A stretch of DNA of 64,000 nucleotides from Amoeboaphelidium protococcarum X5 (taxonomy: Eukaryota > Fungi > Aphelidiomycota). The translations under genes were made by a program, and so were the position numbers. Below, one piece after another: positions 14,216-26,125 of the stretch. The notes beneath the pieces are model-generated. The model did no database searches and was not told the DNA's origin. It saw only the letters and a list, made by a program, of their open reading frames with translations. Within the stretch, counting starts at the first letter, position 1. Each line of letters begins with the position of its first letter. The DNA is taken from NCBI GenBank assembly GCA_023515725.1, contig JALDTO010000098.1:276615-340614 (forward strand), read 5' to 3'.

Positions 14216-16972
14216 TCACTTATCCGCCGTCACCTCATTGATGTACTCTGGATTCTTTTTCAGAATGACAAAGCCCTCCAGAATAGGACTCAGCGGAATG
14301 TACTCCTCCGTGGCCAACTCTGCGCGGTCAGTATAGCTCAACAGTACCGGTGTGGTGTGCGTCTAAAATCCAGTGATTGTCTTTGCACGTCCCACCTTAC
14401 CAACAACATCCACAGCCTGACCGACACGGACACTGACAGGCAGACTCTTACCCGTCTAAGCATCCAGTGTGATGAGAAAGCGCGGATACATAGCTGGCGT
14501 CAGATAATATAGCATCCAATGGTACTTGTCCAGAATAGTCTTCTACGAGTCTAGCAGAGCCGTAAACACCACCAGCAGACCGCTCATGGCTGCACTGGAC
14601 ATCAAAAATCTGTTGGAGTGGAATGGATTCACACTAATAGTACCCTTGCCCAAGTACAGTAATCCCTGAGCTATGCGCACCATGAACAGACCATTAGGCT
14701 CTTTCTGATAATAAGATGCCAACTGGCGCAACATCTAAGCAAGACGTGCATTATTAGTACCAGCTCCAACCAGACCCATGGCGAAAATAGCATTAATAGC
14801 CACTTTAATATCGCTGTCATGGGAGTACTTGCTCAAAATCTCAAGAACATTGACCAGTGGATTAGATGCACAAAGAAGACCGATCGCCAGTGGAACAGCC
14901 TGACGAATCGCTGGCTCGCCGTAATGCATCAGATGATTAAACTGTCTCAGGGCCATTTAAGTACCAACATCCTCACCGATTGCAATCATTGCAACACCCA
15001 ATGTGGCAAAAGATTAAAAGCTATCATCCTCCTTCTCTGCATCCAGGTGATCATTACAATAATGTAACATCTCCTAAATCTTCAAAACATTGCCAGTGCC
15101 TGCATACGCACAAGCATCAACAAACACCTGTGCCTACTTGGAAATAGGATGATCAATAGCCTTCAGTGTCTCCATTGTTGCATCTGCAGCACCCTACTTG
15201 CCCAAATACAAAAGACCCAATGAGACGATAAACAACTTGGACAGGTGCGATTTCAAAGACTCTTCATCACGCTCCATCAGAGTCTGCAAGATTGTGCTAG
15301 TCAAATCACCATTGCAAGTGCCCACAAAGATCAAGGCCAAAGACAGGGCAGCGAAAGCACTCAATTCCACAGACAGAGTGGTATCACTCACGATGGAAGA
15401 CAGCAGATCCATAAGATCCTCTCGAGCAGTGCCAACATACGCAAAGCCCAATCCCACGATGGAGGCCAACTTCAAATTACTCTTTCCACCTCCAGCACCA
15501 TCCTCCAAATGTTCACTCAGCAACGCAATCGCTGGATCACTTTCATTTCTCACACCACAATTCACCAGGCCGATTCCCATCAGAGCACCAGCTTTGACAT
15601 GATCCTCATTGGAATACAAATACTTGTCCAAGTAGGTGAGACCTTCCTCAACGTTCCAAAGTGACAGCAGACCAATAGAAGCAGTAGCACTAGTCATACC
15701 ATGCTCCTTGTTCTTATAGATCCAAGAGTTGGAATCCTCACAATCCAAAATCAGCTTATCCTTGTTGAATCCAACATTTACGAAAGCATTTACAATGGCA
15801 GATGCCAAATTCTATCTAGCCGAGTCAACATTAGCACCAAAACCACCAGCTTTATTATCTTCCAAATGGCTCTTGTAAATATCTTCCGGATTCTTGGCTT
15901 CCACGATATCCAAATCCTTGGCCAGATTGGTAAATTACTCTGAGAGAGCTCCATTCGAGAAGATGCCAGTCAACTCTTCATCTGCCACGTCAACTTCAAT
16001 GAATTGTCTAGTCAGATTATAAGCCAACTACTTCTTCACCAAAACATCTGGACACTCGGTAAAATCCTGCACAATTAAATCCTGATCATTCAACTTCATG
16101 GCAATCTGCACAGCTTCAGGCCACTTGTTAAACTTCTTAAAGATGGAGTGAGCCACCTTAAGAGCAGTCACATCATCTGGGGAAGGGACATAACTAGCAC
16201 AGCTAACTAGGTACATGGACACTCTATGATAAGTCTCCTTACTCACAAGATCCAATAGACTCTCAAGCGACTCAATTTCAAGCAGGAGATCCACGGCATC
16301 ATGTTCAGCATTATGCGACAAGAAGAATGGGACCAACTTCATGGCAAGCGTGGTGAGCTACTTCACTTCTGGAGACTGTTGCGCATCCTCCACTCCAACC
16401 TTCTCATTATACTCTGCAATCAATTCCAATGCAAGATGACGAACATACTCATGTCCCCAGGAGCCAACATCATCCTTACTTCCAGCCTGGTAATAATGCA
16501 GAGAATCCCTAGCAGTTCCATCGTAGTAAGTCATACCGAGCACGGACAAGATATCAGCCAAGAACTACTTGTCCTTACCATCCTTCCACCCGTTAAACAC
16601 TTATTTCAAAGTGTCATAGTGAGGTCTCAAAAACTTGAGTGGTTTCGGAACCGAAGTCATAGAGGAAGTGGAGGAGCGGATTAAACTTCTCAGCGATTCC
16701 AAGGCAGCATGGTACAGCGAAGAGTTCTTCTCTTGCAGACGCTGGACAAGCATTTCCAATTCAGAGCGCAAGTTCAAATCTTCTTCAGAGAGATCTTCAT
16801 CTGGATTCTGCGGTTAATCCTTCTATTATTTACCATTAACATCCTACTACTTCTACTGACCGTCATGTGCATTCGACGACGACTAAGTAGAGCTTTTCTT
16901 GTCTTTATTGTCCTGAGGCGGATCCTCAGACGAGTCTTTCTTATTTCTTGTACTTCTGCGAGTTTCCACCAT
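14216..16972 (-). CDS. RPN1: 26S proteasome regulatory subunit RPN1/PSMD2
   Basis: '[16 protein letters not shown]', 'WGHEYVRHL', '[11 protein letters not shown]', '[18 protein letters not shown]' (Q from TAG); 919-codon intronless frame ending TGA. Confidence 0.95.
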
Positions 16973-17363
16973 GTTCAATAACTGTCCTGTTAGTAAGTTA
17001 TTAATTAAATGATACGTTTTGAAGAAGAAAAATGTTTTAGTTAAAAACGAGCTCCAAAAGGAAAAGAAGCACGAGATGACTAGCGCGGTGCCTTTCTAGT
17101 CTCAATAACACTGGCCGTTCGTTCTCAACGTGACAGAGCGCCCAGAAAGATCGAAAACTCTTGAAGAAAAAAATATACATTACAGTAGTACGTTCCAACT
17201 GCGCAGTGTCACAAAAAGTGCATTGATCGAATCTCGATTCTTACAAGAGCTCCTACTTGCGTTACATTCCATTTTATTCATTCATTCTTCTTCTTCATAA
17301 AACAATTTTATCATCATTACTTGCATATCATAGCAACTTCAAAGTGCTCAAAACGCGAATTGC

Positions 17364-20300
17364 TCAGTAGAGATTGATCAAATCCTGTAATAGTTTTTAA
17401 GCATTAACACGAGTAAAAACATTCTGATCCCAAGCCATGTCAACAATCTGACAATATTTGTCGAGCCTTGGATCTTGGATGGTTGGTTGAATTTATACTC
17501 TGCCACCTGCACAAACAGACTCTTATATCTGTTCTTTAGTGAACCCTTTCCAAGCCGGCTGTCTGTTCAGCAGTTCCGCCAGAATGACAGCACCTGCAAA
17601 GACATCGCGCTTGGGTTTCAAATCATCAGATACAAGTTGCTTCATCCAAACTTCCGGTGCAGCGTATGTAGGAGTGGAACCAGCCAGTGCATTCCAATTC
17701 AGCCCGGTAACCGTCTATGATTTGCCCAGCAGGGTACAAATACCAAAATCGGTCAGGCAGACGCGTACCTGTCCAGATGAAGTGTCCACTAGATAATTGG
17801 CAGCCTTGATATCGTTGTGGACGACACCTGTAGCGTGCATCACCACCATAGCAGAGAATACATCAATAGCCAGAGACTTTACGAGATCAAAATTCCATTC
17901 AACCTACTAACTTAACACGCTCTTCAAACCGATCAAATCATCCAATGATCCATTATGGTAATAGAACATCAGCATAACCAAATTCTCAGCATCAATACCA
18001 GCCAGTTTCGCAATGTGAGCACAATCTTTGAATCTCCACATTAAAGCGACTTCTTGCAAGAAAGCTTCGGAGTTCGCCTTGTTCGATGTATATTTCGCAA
18101 CCATGGTCTGGCCTTCGTATTGACGCAACGGATGGTCGGATGGGGTAGTCAGTATCTGTACAAGCCATATACTACCTTAACCACCAGCATTCAGTTAGGA
18201 GTTTGGAACTTTACGGAAATTCTGACCCTCACTTAGCCGTAAAAATCCGGGAACTGAGATTTCAAACGAGGTTGGGAGCATTGTCGTACCACCTTGCATT
18301 TACGTGCTAATGACTTGCATAGCAGTAGTGGTGGCGGCAGAGGATGCAACACTACTTTGTGTATACGTGCTGGCCCTTGTCATCTAAGTGCTAACCTTTT
18401 TAGTACGACGATACTTTTGGCGCGCATATAGTCCCACAATCAGAACAGCTATCACAAATACACCAGATACAATAGCTGCAACCGCAGATATCATTGACGA
18501 TTAGCCCTATAAAGCCTGAGGCCCAGATTGATCTCGAGCACCCTCATTTGAATTGGTGGAAACAGACTAACCTCCATTAAGATTGCCAATTCCAAAAGTT
18601 ATCAGCCCATTAATTGAAGTACTTACTACAAAAGACGAGCTAGATGGCAATGTAATTGACGTCTTTGTAGAAGAGCTTAGAAAACCAGCCGACTATGTTA
18701 CTGTATATGTAACGGCAGTCGATGTAGATAGGGAGTGAGAAGTATATGAGAATTATGTAGCAGAACCATTGGTAACGGAGCCATTAGTAACAGCAGTAAA
18801 TTACAAGGACGTAGAGAACGAGGTGGCAGTCGGTGTAGAAGTAGTGGTAGTAGTCGTAGTTGTGGTACTAGTTGTGGTAGTGGTCGGAGTGCTTGTAGTA
18901 GAGGTAGTTGTCGTAGTTGTGGGAGTACTAGTCGTTGTTGTGGTCGTCGTCGTAGTAGTCGTAGTTGTTGTACTTGTCGTCGTAGTCGTAGTTGTTGTAC
19001 TTGTCGTCGTAGTACTGGTGGTGGTAGTCGTCGTAGTTGTAGTAGTGGTAAGTACCATAGGAAGCAGATTACCAATCTTTGCCACACCTTGAACAAATGC
19101 CAAATTCTTCGTAACACCAGAGTCTTCAATAACATCTACAGAGCTTCCACTTGTCTGAAAGGAAATGATGAAACCACGATCTTCCAACGCAAAACCTTTC
19201 TGGAGATTAACATTTTACGAGGGAGTATAAATAACAGTTTGATTGAAGAAATTGCCAGTTGAATCAAAGACCATAATGACTGCGTACTGACCGGCGAAGG
19301 GGTGCACGTACTACTTTGTTATACTACCACTGTTGTTAAAGCTGATTGTAGCGGCTGAAGACACACCACTAAACAGCATATTATCGTTTACATCAAATTG
19401 AAGAGGTAGTTTTACAGCGGCAGAGCCAGACACAACTAACCACTTAGAAATAGACCTTGCACCCTGCAGTTTTAATAGATAAGATCCAAAGACCCCAGTT
19501 GATCCAAGAGTCATTACTGCAAAATTTGAAGCATTATACGCAATAAAGGGACCGTTAACGAAAATAGAAACATACGCAGCACCTGACTTATCAAAAGAGA
19601 CTCCACCAGAAGTTTCATCGCCTATGCCAGCAAATCGCCAATTATACTGAAACGCGCCAGTGGAATTAAATATCAACAGAGCACAATCAATTCCTTAAAC
19701 AAAGGGCGCTGAAACCACCCGACCTGTGGAGTCAATAAGATTAACATCATTTTATTGATTCATCTGCATGTACAAGTCGCCATTGGAGCTAATTTACATT
19801 CCAAAGTCCAAGGCAAATGTATAGTCGTTGAGGAAATAAATCAGATTAAGATTATTATCAAGCATAAAGACATGACCATAGCCACCACTGGAAGGACCAG
19901 CGACATTATCATTGTCATAGTATACAACTGGGTTATTTTACCAACCACCAAAACTGTTCCATACATGGATCACGACTTAACCATTAGGGCTAGTGAGGCT
20001 ATAATGAGGCACATTCCACGAGCCATCCGCACCAAAACGTGCAGTTCTCAATAGAGTACCATTACTAGCAAATTTGGCGACTACTGGCTGAGAGCCGCCA
20101 TTTAGAGGAATGGTCTTGGCTACTAGATTAGTTGTAGTGTAAAATTTAAAATCACTTGACTACTCCCATACAGTTGCTATAATGTTATCAAAGGGATCGA
20201 CGGTAAGCTAAGCCATAAAGTCGTCAGCAGCACCACTCATCATTAAATGCCACTGTAACGCGCCAAACTTATCATACTTTGCAATGTAACCATCAACACC

Positions 20301-20504
20301 ACTCTGATAAACCTGGGTTAACACAAAAGAGCCATTTGCAGAGTATATCTGCTCATTCAACTTTCCGACAGCCTAATAAGCGTAGAAATTTCCTTTAGAA
20401 TCTTGTTTAGTAACGTACAAAGAGCCTGTGGCACTGATAGTAAAATCGACGCCAGCAGTGATTACATCGGCCAGCAGCAACCAAGATGAAACTATAAACC
20501 ACAT
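17364..20504 (-). CDS. Receptor-like protein kinase 1 (signal peptide, beta-propeller-like ectodomain, poly-Thr stalk, TM, TKL-type kinase)
   Basis: 1047-codon table-6 frame; kinase motifs 'AGGQGSIWL', 'VAKY', 'HNDIKAANYL', 'TDFG', 'RDVFA'; TM 'MISAVAAIVSGVFVIAVLIVGLY'. Confidence 0.85.
18835..19050 (-). repeat. ACN-codon microsatellite encoding the poly-Thr/Ser stalk of RLK1
   Basis: gta/gtt/gtc/gtg runs on the + strand; about 65 Thr/Ser/Pro codons. Confidence 0.9.
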
Positions 20505-20973
20505 TTTCGTATGCGAGTAATTTATTCAAAGCTTAATAGGGAGATGTAAATGAGACAAAAGCGCAAAATGACTTATAATCCGTAATCTGAACCCAATATG
20601 CATTGGAATAACCTTGGGATTGGACGAGTACAGGAATCTCTGATAGGAATCGTTATTAAATCTATTTTCATGTCTTATACCAAAATGCGATAATGAAAGT
20701 AACATCAGATACTGTATATAACATATATATCAGCTGTTTTTCGACCGCCGCAGCTGCTGAGAGTATCGTTGCGAGTGGCTTGTTTCTAATGCTATCATCG
20801 TTTCACCTCAACAGCTTTTGGGGGAGATCATACAGTGAGAATGCAACTCTCACGGTCGCGGAGACCCCGATTTATCTGCACACAGCGTCTAAAATTAAGA
20901 AATTAATATTGATCACGACTATTTTCTATTCATTTCATCGTTTCCTTTTACTATCATCATTTTTTATTATATA

Positions 20974-21380
20974 AGAAGTAATATCTTTTATTTGGGACCA
21001 AAAGTAAAACAATTTAAATTTTAACTTCGGAGAATATCTAGAAGTAAAATAATACTCACTTTTACTGCGCCATAAATGTCGCCGTAGTAAATCAAATGAT
21101 TATTTTACTTGGAGATCTTAATGGATGCCTAAAAGTATAATTACTTTTGGTCCCAAATAAAAGATTAATTAGCAAGTCAAACTTGAAATGATAACATGCA
21201 TATCTTAAGACAGAACTTGATAGTAAGATTGTGTTTAAAAAGGACCTTAAACCATGACTATCAGGATCCCAAAAAAGTTTTCAATTTTGATCCCAAATAA
21301 TGCATCAAAATGTTAATGAAACCCAACCAGGATGTCTTTGAAAGGTGTCACAGATATCTCAAGGAATCTCTAAGAAATCT
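20974..21380 (+). repeat. Left terminal inverted repeat
   Basis: Outer ~195 bp match the reverse complement of 29011-29205 with ~13 mismatches by manual count; inner ~200 bp match 28797-29010 more loosely. Confidence 0.9.
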
Positions 21381-21541
21381 CAGAAGGTGAACACAACTCG
21401 ACATATCAACCGAATGACGATGGGATAAATGTGCTGTGGTGACTTGAAATCCAACGCTGCTCCGAAATCGCTCAATCAGAACATCGGTAGCCAGATCATC
21501 CAAAAAATCAGAACGCCAATCTCTTTTTTTCAATTTTTACG

Positions 21542-22804
21542 ATGGACCAAAATCAGCTCACACCAAGAGAATGCGCCGCTAAACTAGAAGCCATTGAGAA
21601 GAAGATCGACGACTTGAGGACCAAGAATGAGTACAACGGTGTCGAAATTACTGACAATGAAGAGAAGAAGGAGATAATCGCGGATTTGAAGCAGAAGGAG
21701 AAAGAATGGAGCGCTCGACTCGATCGTGCTCAGTTCGCCTCTACTCAGAAGCCCACCTGGCAATCACCATCATTTACGCTTTCCGCCGAGCCAGCATCTT
21801 ATTCAGTGACTATTATGAATCAAAAGCAGGGCGGCGCATTGTTATTGGCTATTCCGTGTCTATCGAAGGGCAGACGATGGGATCGCGTTCTGCTCTTTCT
21901 GAAGGCCGTGTGTGGCGATTTCGATATTCAGCATTATTCCTTGTCAAGTAACAATTCTGATATCGAGCTTTCAGATGATCTGCACCTTCCTCCTGCCGAA
22001 TTCACGCTCTCCCCGATTGATGATTCTCATTCCGTGCTGACCGTTATTTTCCAACCGCTTCCTATAGTTCCCCGTAGCACGTTGTCGCGACGAACATCAG
22101 GAGCCACTACACCGATTGAAGAACCGTCATCATCATCAAGACCTCAAAAGAAACCACGAGTTGAGTCTGAAGTTGACAAGCTGGTTGTTGAAAGTACGAA
22201 AGCCTTTGGCCGCGACGCGACATTTGAAAAACGAATCTTTCAGCGGGATCAACACTGCATTATCACTCGACAATACAGGTCACTGAAAGCCTCCCATATT
22301 GTTGCTCACGCTTGGTGGATGGACCATCCTGATCGTAAAGAACGACTGCCAGAAGATATCAAAAGGATTATCCGTTCTCTTGATGGGGGTATTGATCATA
22401 TTACCAATGGAATATTTTTGGATGGATCGATTTCAGATGCGTTCGACCGAGGAGACTTTTCGTTTCAGTTTGTGGATGGGCATTACTATGTCGTTTCAAT
22501 TACACCTGACTATGATTCAATCGATGGACTCCAGGTTGATGAATGTGTGCGTAATCGCTGGGATGGCACTGTTTGGTGGTGTCCGGAAAATCGTCCCAAT
22601 CCTTATCTGATGGCATTTCATTTGCGTAATAGTGTGTTTGCTCATTGTCGTGGTGCTGCTGGTTATGATGAATTTGACACCGAAGATGACAAAGAGAATG
22701 TTAAGATTGCGAGATCGGTTGTCAGTGAGTTCTTTGAGAATTCTGAAATCGGAAGTAAGATTGCATCATCGCTTACTTCGGAAGCATTAGCTCAATTTGA
22801 ATAA
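21542..22804 (+). CDS. HNH-endonuclease-domain protein with coiled-coil N-terminus (Crinkler/CR-effector-like); cargo
   Basis: 'FEKRIFQRDQHCIIT...ASHIVA...GGIDHITNGIFL...AFD...RPNPYLMAFHLR' HNH_2-type motifs; 420 aa open in the standard code; TAA stop overlaps AATAAA. Confidence 0.75.
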   Translation: MDQNQLTPRECAAKLEAIEKKIDDLRTKNEYNGVEITDNEEKKEIIADLKQKEKEWSARLDRAQFASTQKPTWQSPSFTLSAEPASYSVTIMNQKQGGALLLAIPCLSKGRRWDRVLLFLKAVCGDFDIQHYSLSSNNSDIELSDDLHLPPAEFTLSPIDDSHSVLTVIFQPLPIVPRSTLSRRTSGATTPIEEPSSSSRPQKKPRVESEVDKLVVESTKAFGRDATFEKRIFQRDQHCIITRQYRSLKASHIVAHAWWMDHPDRKERLPEDIKRIIRSLDGGIDHITNGIFLDGSISDAFDRGDFSFQFVDGHYYVVSITPDYDSIDGLQVDECVRNRWDGTVWWCPENRPNPYLMAFHLRNSVFAHCRGAAGYDEFDTEDDKENVKIARSVVSEFFENSEIGSKIASSLTSEALAQFE

Positions 22805-23028
22805 ACTCATAAACTCTCATGGAAACTCGTATTTTAAGTTATGTCTACTATACATCATCACAGTTTATGTCCCAAACGCCCGAATAAATCAGCGAGCTCT
22901 CGTTCCATATTAACATCATTCGCTATTGTCATCACGATGCTGCTCATTTTGCCGCAAAGATGGACATCGTCAATAAAACCCTGTTTGTTTACTAACTTAC
23001 TTTCTTTCCAACAAAATTTTAGACTAGA

Positions 23029-24999
23029 ATGACCAGCTCGACGCAATCGGTGTCGGGTGAGAGTAAAGCACCATTATATGACCTTCATTGCCATCTAATG
23101 GGTTGCGGTCGATGGGACGATTTTTGGCAGAAGGAGTTGAAGGAAGCGCTGCATAGAGCCCATACGGCAAATTTTGATAAACTGAGAGGCTTAACGGATG
23201 AACAACAGAAATTGTATGAAAGTACACTACTTACGGCAGTGAAGGCGGTGGAAGAATCCGACGATAGGGACAGAGATAGGGACAGAATATCCCCAGTCTT
23301 AAAATGTGACCCTAAGGCCATTTCCACACAAATTCAAAGCGAAGCTCTGCAAACTGCTGTCAAGGAGAGTCCGAATGACCAATTCTTATTCAGCTCACAA
23401 CTGTTGGTTGACAATCGGGTATACAGTCGATTTACTCAACAAGGATTAGGTTGTTACGAGAATTTGGGTGTCATCATTTTTGCGGCAGTGATGGGCTTCT
23501 CCTCGCTACCGGTAATCATCGAAAGTGTGAAAGCTTTAATCGACGGTTTCAGTCGAACCCCAGTTATTACATTGTCATTATGGACGATTATCGTGTTTGG
23601 TGGGATTATGAGTACCAAACTAGTGATGTATCTTTTGTGCCAACGCCTACTCAGCTGCAAGATCAAGCAAAATGTCATATTCTTCAACGAACGTCTCTGG
23701 AAATTTGACATTTATCGTGAAGCACTCCTGGTTCAAGATATTTTTGATTGTCTGGGGATGGAGGGGATGAAACAGTTTTTCGAATCAACTGACGATGCAT
23801 GTGTCTTTACGCCTGGATTTTACCCGAAATGTTTCTTTATGAAGGATGCCCTATATTTTAGAGACATAACGGTTCTGCAACGATTGATTGAAGAAGTGGT
23901 CGAGAAATACAAGAAGGCTGGAGTTGTATATGTCGAGTTCTCTGTTAGCGTCAAAGATTTGTATAAGTATCCGTGGGTGTTTCATCAGCTCTGTGTCAAA
24001 GCGAAGGCTGAAGAAAGAGCCGCGCAAACCCATGACAAAGACGGGGCGGTGAAAGAGAAATCAGAGTGTAAATACCGCTTTTTGGCTGCTGTTGCTCGCA
24101 TGGAGCGAAGATTTGCGTTGAATGATGAGGATGCTATTGCCATAAACAGTAACACAGAGTCGGTAGATGGTTGGTTGGACAGGCAATGTCCTAATGATCC
24201 AATGTCTCACTACTTTGACAGCATGAAAGGTGGTGATGAACTTTTGAAAATGGTTCGCGGTCTCGATTGGGTGTCAGATGAATACGGGTACCCATATTGC
24301 CCGTTTTACCGTGAAAAGTTTTTCGAGTATTCTCGTCGGCAAATTGAACGTAATGCAGAGAAAGGGTTTCCACCATGTTTCGGATTGCGTCCACATTTGG
24401 GTGAAGTGACTGAGAAAGGTTATGAGGAGTGGGTTGATAAGAATGGACGAAAAGTACCTGGTTCGATTTACTTTGACGTTCACAAGAAAATTATCACCAA
24501 GATTGCTGAACGAATGATGCAGGGTCAATTGGTTCCGTATGATCTTGAAGGTAAAAGTTACTATGTTGGTATGCGGTTTGGCCATGGCGTAGCACTACTT
24601 GTCGATTCGCACTTTCAGAAAGGGATGGTAGTGGAACTCAATTACACCAGCAATAAGAGATTGCTTCGATTTCTCGGTTGTCACGAGTTTGTAGAAGCGT
24701 CCAAAAATAGCCTTGTGAATGAATTGATTGCCAACATTGTTATAGGTACGGATAATGACGGCATATTTCCCTGCATAACAGGGGATGAACAGTTAATTAA
24801 AGCTGAACTTCTGAACCTAAAAAAGGACGGCTTCGTCGATACCATTCCCGACCGACCTGATCAACAAATTGTTGCTCAAGCATACCAATGTACTTTCAAT
24901 TACTATGATGGTTGGTCACCCAGATTCCTCTTGCAGGCAAAAACTCATACAGTTTTGCCTTTGGATACAAATGCTGATCAATTGGCGCCCTACCCTTAA
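23029..24999 (+). CDS. Adenosine/AMP deaminase-like amidohydrolase; cargo
   Basis: Metal/catalytic motifs 'DLHCHL', 'VVYVEFS', 'HLGE', 'RFGHG', 'VELNYTSN', 'GTDNDGIF'; 656 aa open in the standard code; stop TAA-TGA. Confidence 0.75.
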   Translation: MTSSTQSVSGESKAPLYDLHCHLMGCGRWDDFWQKELKEALHRAHTANFDKLRGLTDEQQKLYESTLLTAVKAVEESDDRDRDRDRISPVLKCDPKAISTQIQSEALQTAVKESPNDQFLFSSQLLVDNRVYSRFTQQGLGCYENLGVIIFAAVMGFSSLPVIIESVKALIDGFSRTPVITLSLWTIIVFGGIMSTKLVMYLLCQRLLSCKIKQNVIFFNERLWKFDIYREALLVQDIFDCLGMEGMKQFFESTDDACVFTPGFYPKCFFMKDALYFRDITVLQRLIEEVVEKYKKAGVVYVEFSVSVKDLYKYPWVFHQLCVKAKAEERAAQTHDKDGAVKEKSECKYRFLAAVARMERRFALNDEDAIAINSNTESVDGWLDRQCPNDPMSHYFDSMKGGDELLKMVRGLDWVSDEYGYPYCPFYREKFFEYSRRQIERNAEKGFPPCFGLRPHLGEVTEKGYEEWVDKNGRKVPGSIYFDVHKKIITKIAERMMQGQLVPYDLEGKSYYVGMRFGHGVALLVDSHFQKGMVVELNYTSNKRLLRFLGCHEFVEASKNSLVNELIANIVIGTDNDGIFPCITGDEQLIKAELLNLKKDGFVDTIPDRPDQQIVAQAYQCTFNYYDGWSPRFLLQAKTHTVLPLDTNADQLAPYP

Positions 25000-25050
25000 T
25001 GAATGCAGGTATGCCTTTACCACTGGGTTTTAATGATGCCAATAAATCCT

Positions 25051-26085
25051 TTACTTTCTTGATCTCTTACTTTGTCTTCTATCAGGCTCAATACCTTCAC
25101 GTTCACGAATGCGTTTATCAGCGCGGTAGATGTCAAGTTGCTTTTGCCTCAGTGAATTGTCAATGTCTTGACTTAGCGGTGACACCTTTAGCACTTCAAA
25201 CAAGTTGAATTTCTGGTGCCGACCTTCCACTTGAACACTATTTAATCCCACCTCCTCAACAATGTACACCTTTAACGTGAATCGCTGTCCCTCTTTCTCA
25301 AACGCGCCTCGTTTATTCAACAACCTGACAAAGTCCCCACGTTTGATGGCCGAATCAATAACTTTATTGTTGTGCGCAATACTTTTCCTAATCAGTTCCG
25401 CTTCATCAAATGTATCTAATCGCTCGGGTATCTTTGCGATGCTGCTATGAAATGATGAGTTGTAATTTTGAACAAAGTCTCCCAGATTATCAATCCATCT
25501 ATTGGTATTATTACGCGTCAGGAACTTTTCAATCATCAGTTTGATCGTGCGATTGAACCTCTCCGCAATCCCTAAACACTTCTTATCATCCTTCCCACAA
25601 TACTGGGCAGTGATATTATGCTGCGACATCCAAGATGTTATTCGTTTGTTTTGAAACTCTTTACCATTATCAGTCTGTAAAACTTTGATCGGTCTTCCAT
25701 CGTTGACTGATTGTTGTCGGATTAGATCAAAGGCTGCCAATACAGTTTCTTGAGTTTTATCTTTCAATGCTTCAACATATGCATATTTGGTGTTGACATT
25801 GATAACGTTGAGTAAGATATGATAGTTTGAATTCTGCTTTTGGTATCGTGTCAAGAAGGTCAGATCTGCCTGGTAATGCCCGACTTTACCGTGGATCTTT
25901 GGAACCGATTTAGAGTTCTTTGGTTTCTGAAACACTTGGCTTATTGGATTTTCAGCAAGGAACTCCTTAACCTGTTTCATTGTGATTTTTGGATTCTGCT
26001 CCTTGGCGCGTTTCAACAGCTTATCAGCTCCAACAAACCCTGTTTTGGGATCATTGAAAAGTGTACTTAGTAATTGTTGAGACAT
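25051..26085 (-). CDS. Retroviral-type (RVE) integrase, Polinton clade
   Basis: 'YQADLTFL' (D), 'LQTDNGKEF' (D), 'GIAERFNRTIK' (E), 'YNSSFHSSI', 'GDFVRL..RGAFEK'; likely start MSQQLL at 26085; ends TAA. Confidence 0.92.
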   Translation of the reverse strand: MSQQLLSTLFNDPKTGFVGADKLLKRAKEQNPKITMKQVKEFLAENPISQVFQKPKNSKSVPKIHGKVGHYQADLTFLTRYQKQNSNYHILLNVINVNTKYAYVEALKDKTQETVLAAFDLIRQQSVNDGRPIKVLQTDNGKEFQNKRITSWMSQHNITAQYCGKDDKKCLGIAERFNRTIKLMIEKFLTRNNTNRWIDNLGDFVQNYNSSFHSSIAKIPERLDTFDEAELIRKSIAHNNKVIDSAIKRGDFVRLLNKRGAFEKEGQRFTLKVYIVEEVGLNSVQVEGRHQKFNLFEVLKVSPLSQDIDNSLRQKQLDIYRADKRIREREGIEPDRRQSKRSRK

Positions 26086-26125
26086 GTATATATCAAAAAA
26101 GATAATCTTTATCAATAAATAATAA

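Noticed and set aside
11724-16972. Mass pseudogenisation or many tiny introns explaining the fragmented ORFs
   Set aside because: Fragments are in one frame, broken only by TAA/TAG at Gln positions, in essential genes; code reassignment explains them
18769-19092. Poly-Val ORFs on the + strand (also 30641-31027, 33755-34246)
   Set aside because: Antisense shadows of the poly-Thr stalks
20754-20800. TPP riboswitch (GCTGAGA) or U4-like (AGTATCGT) motif
   Set aside because: Remaining conserved elements are absent
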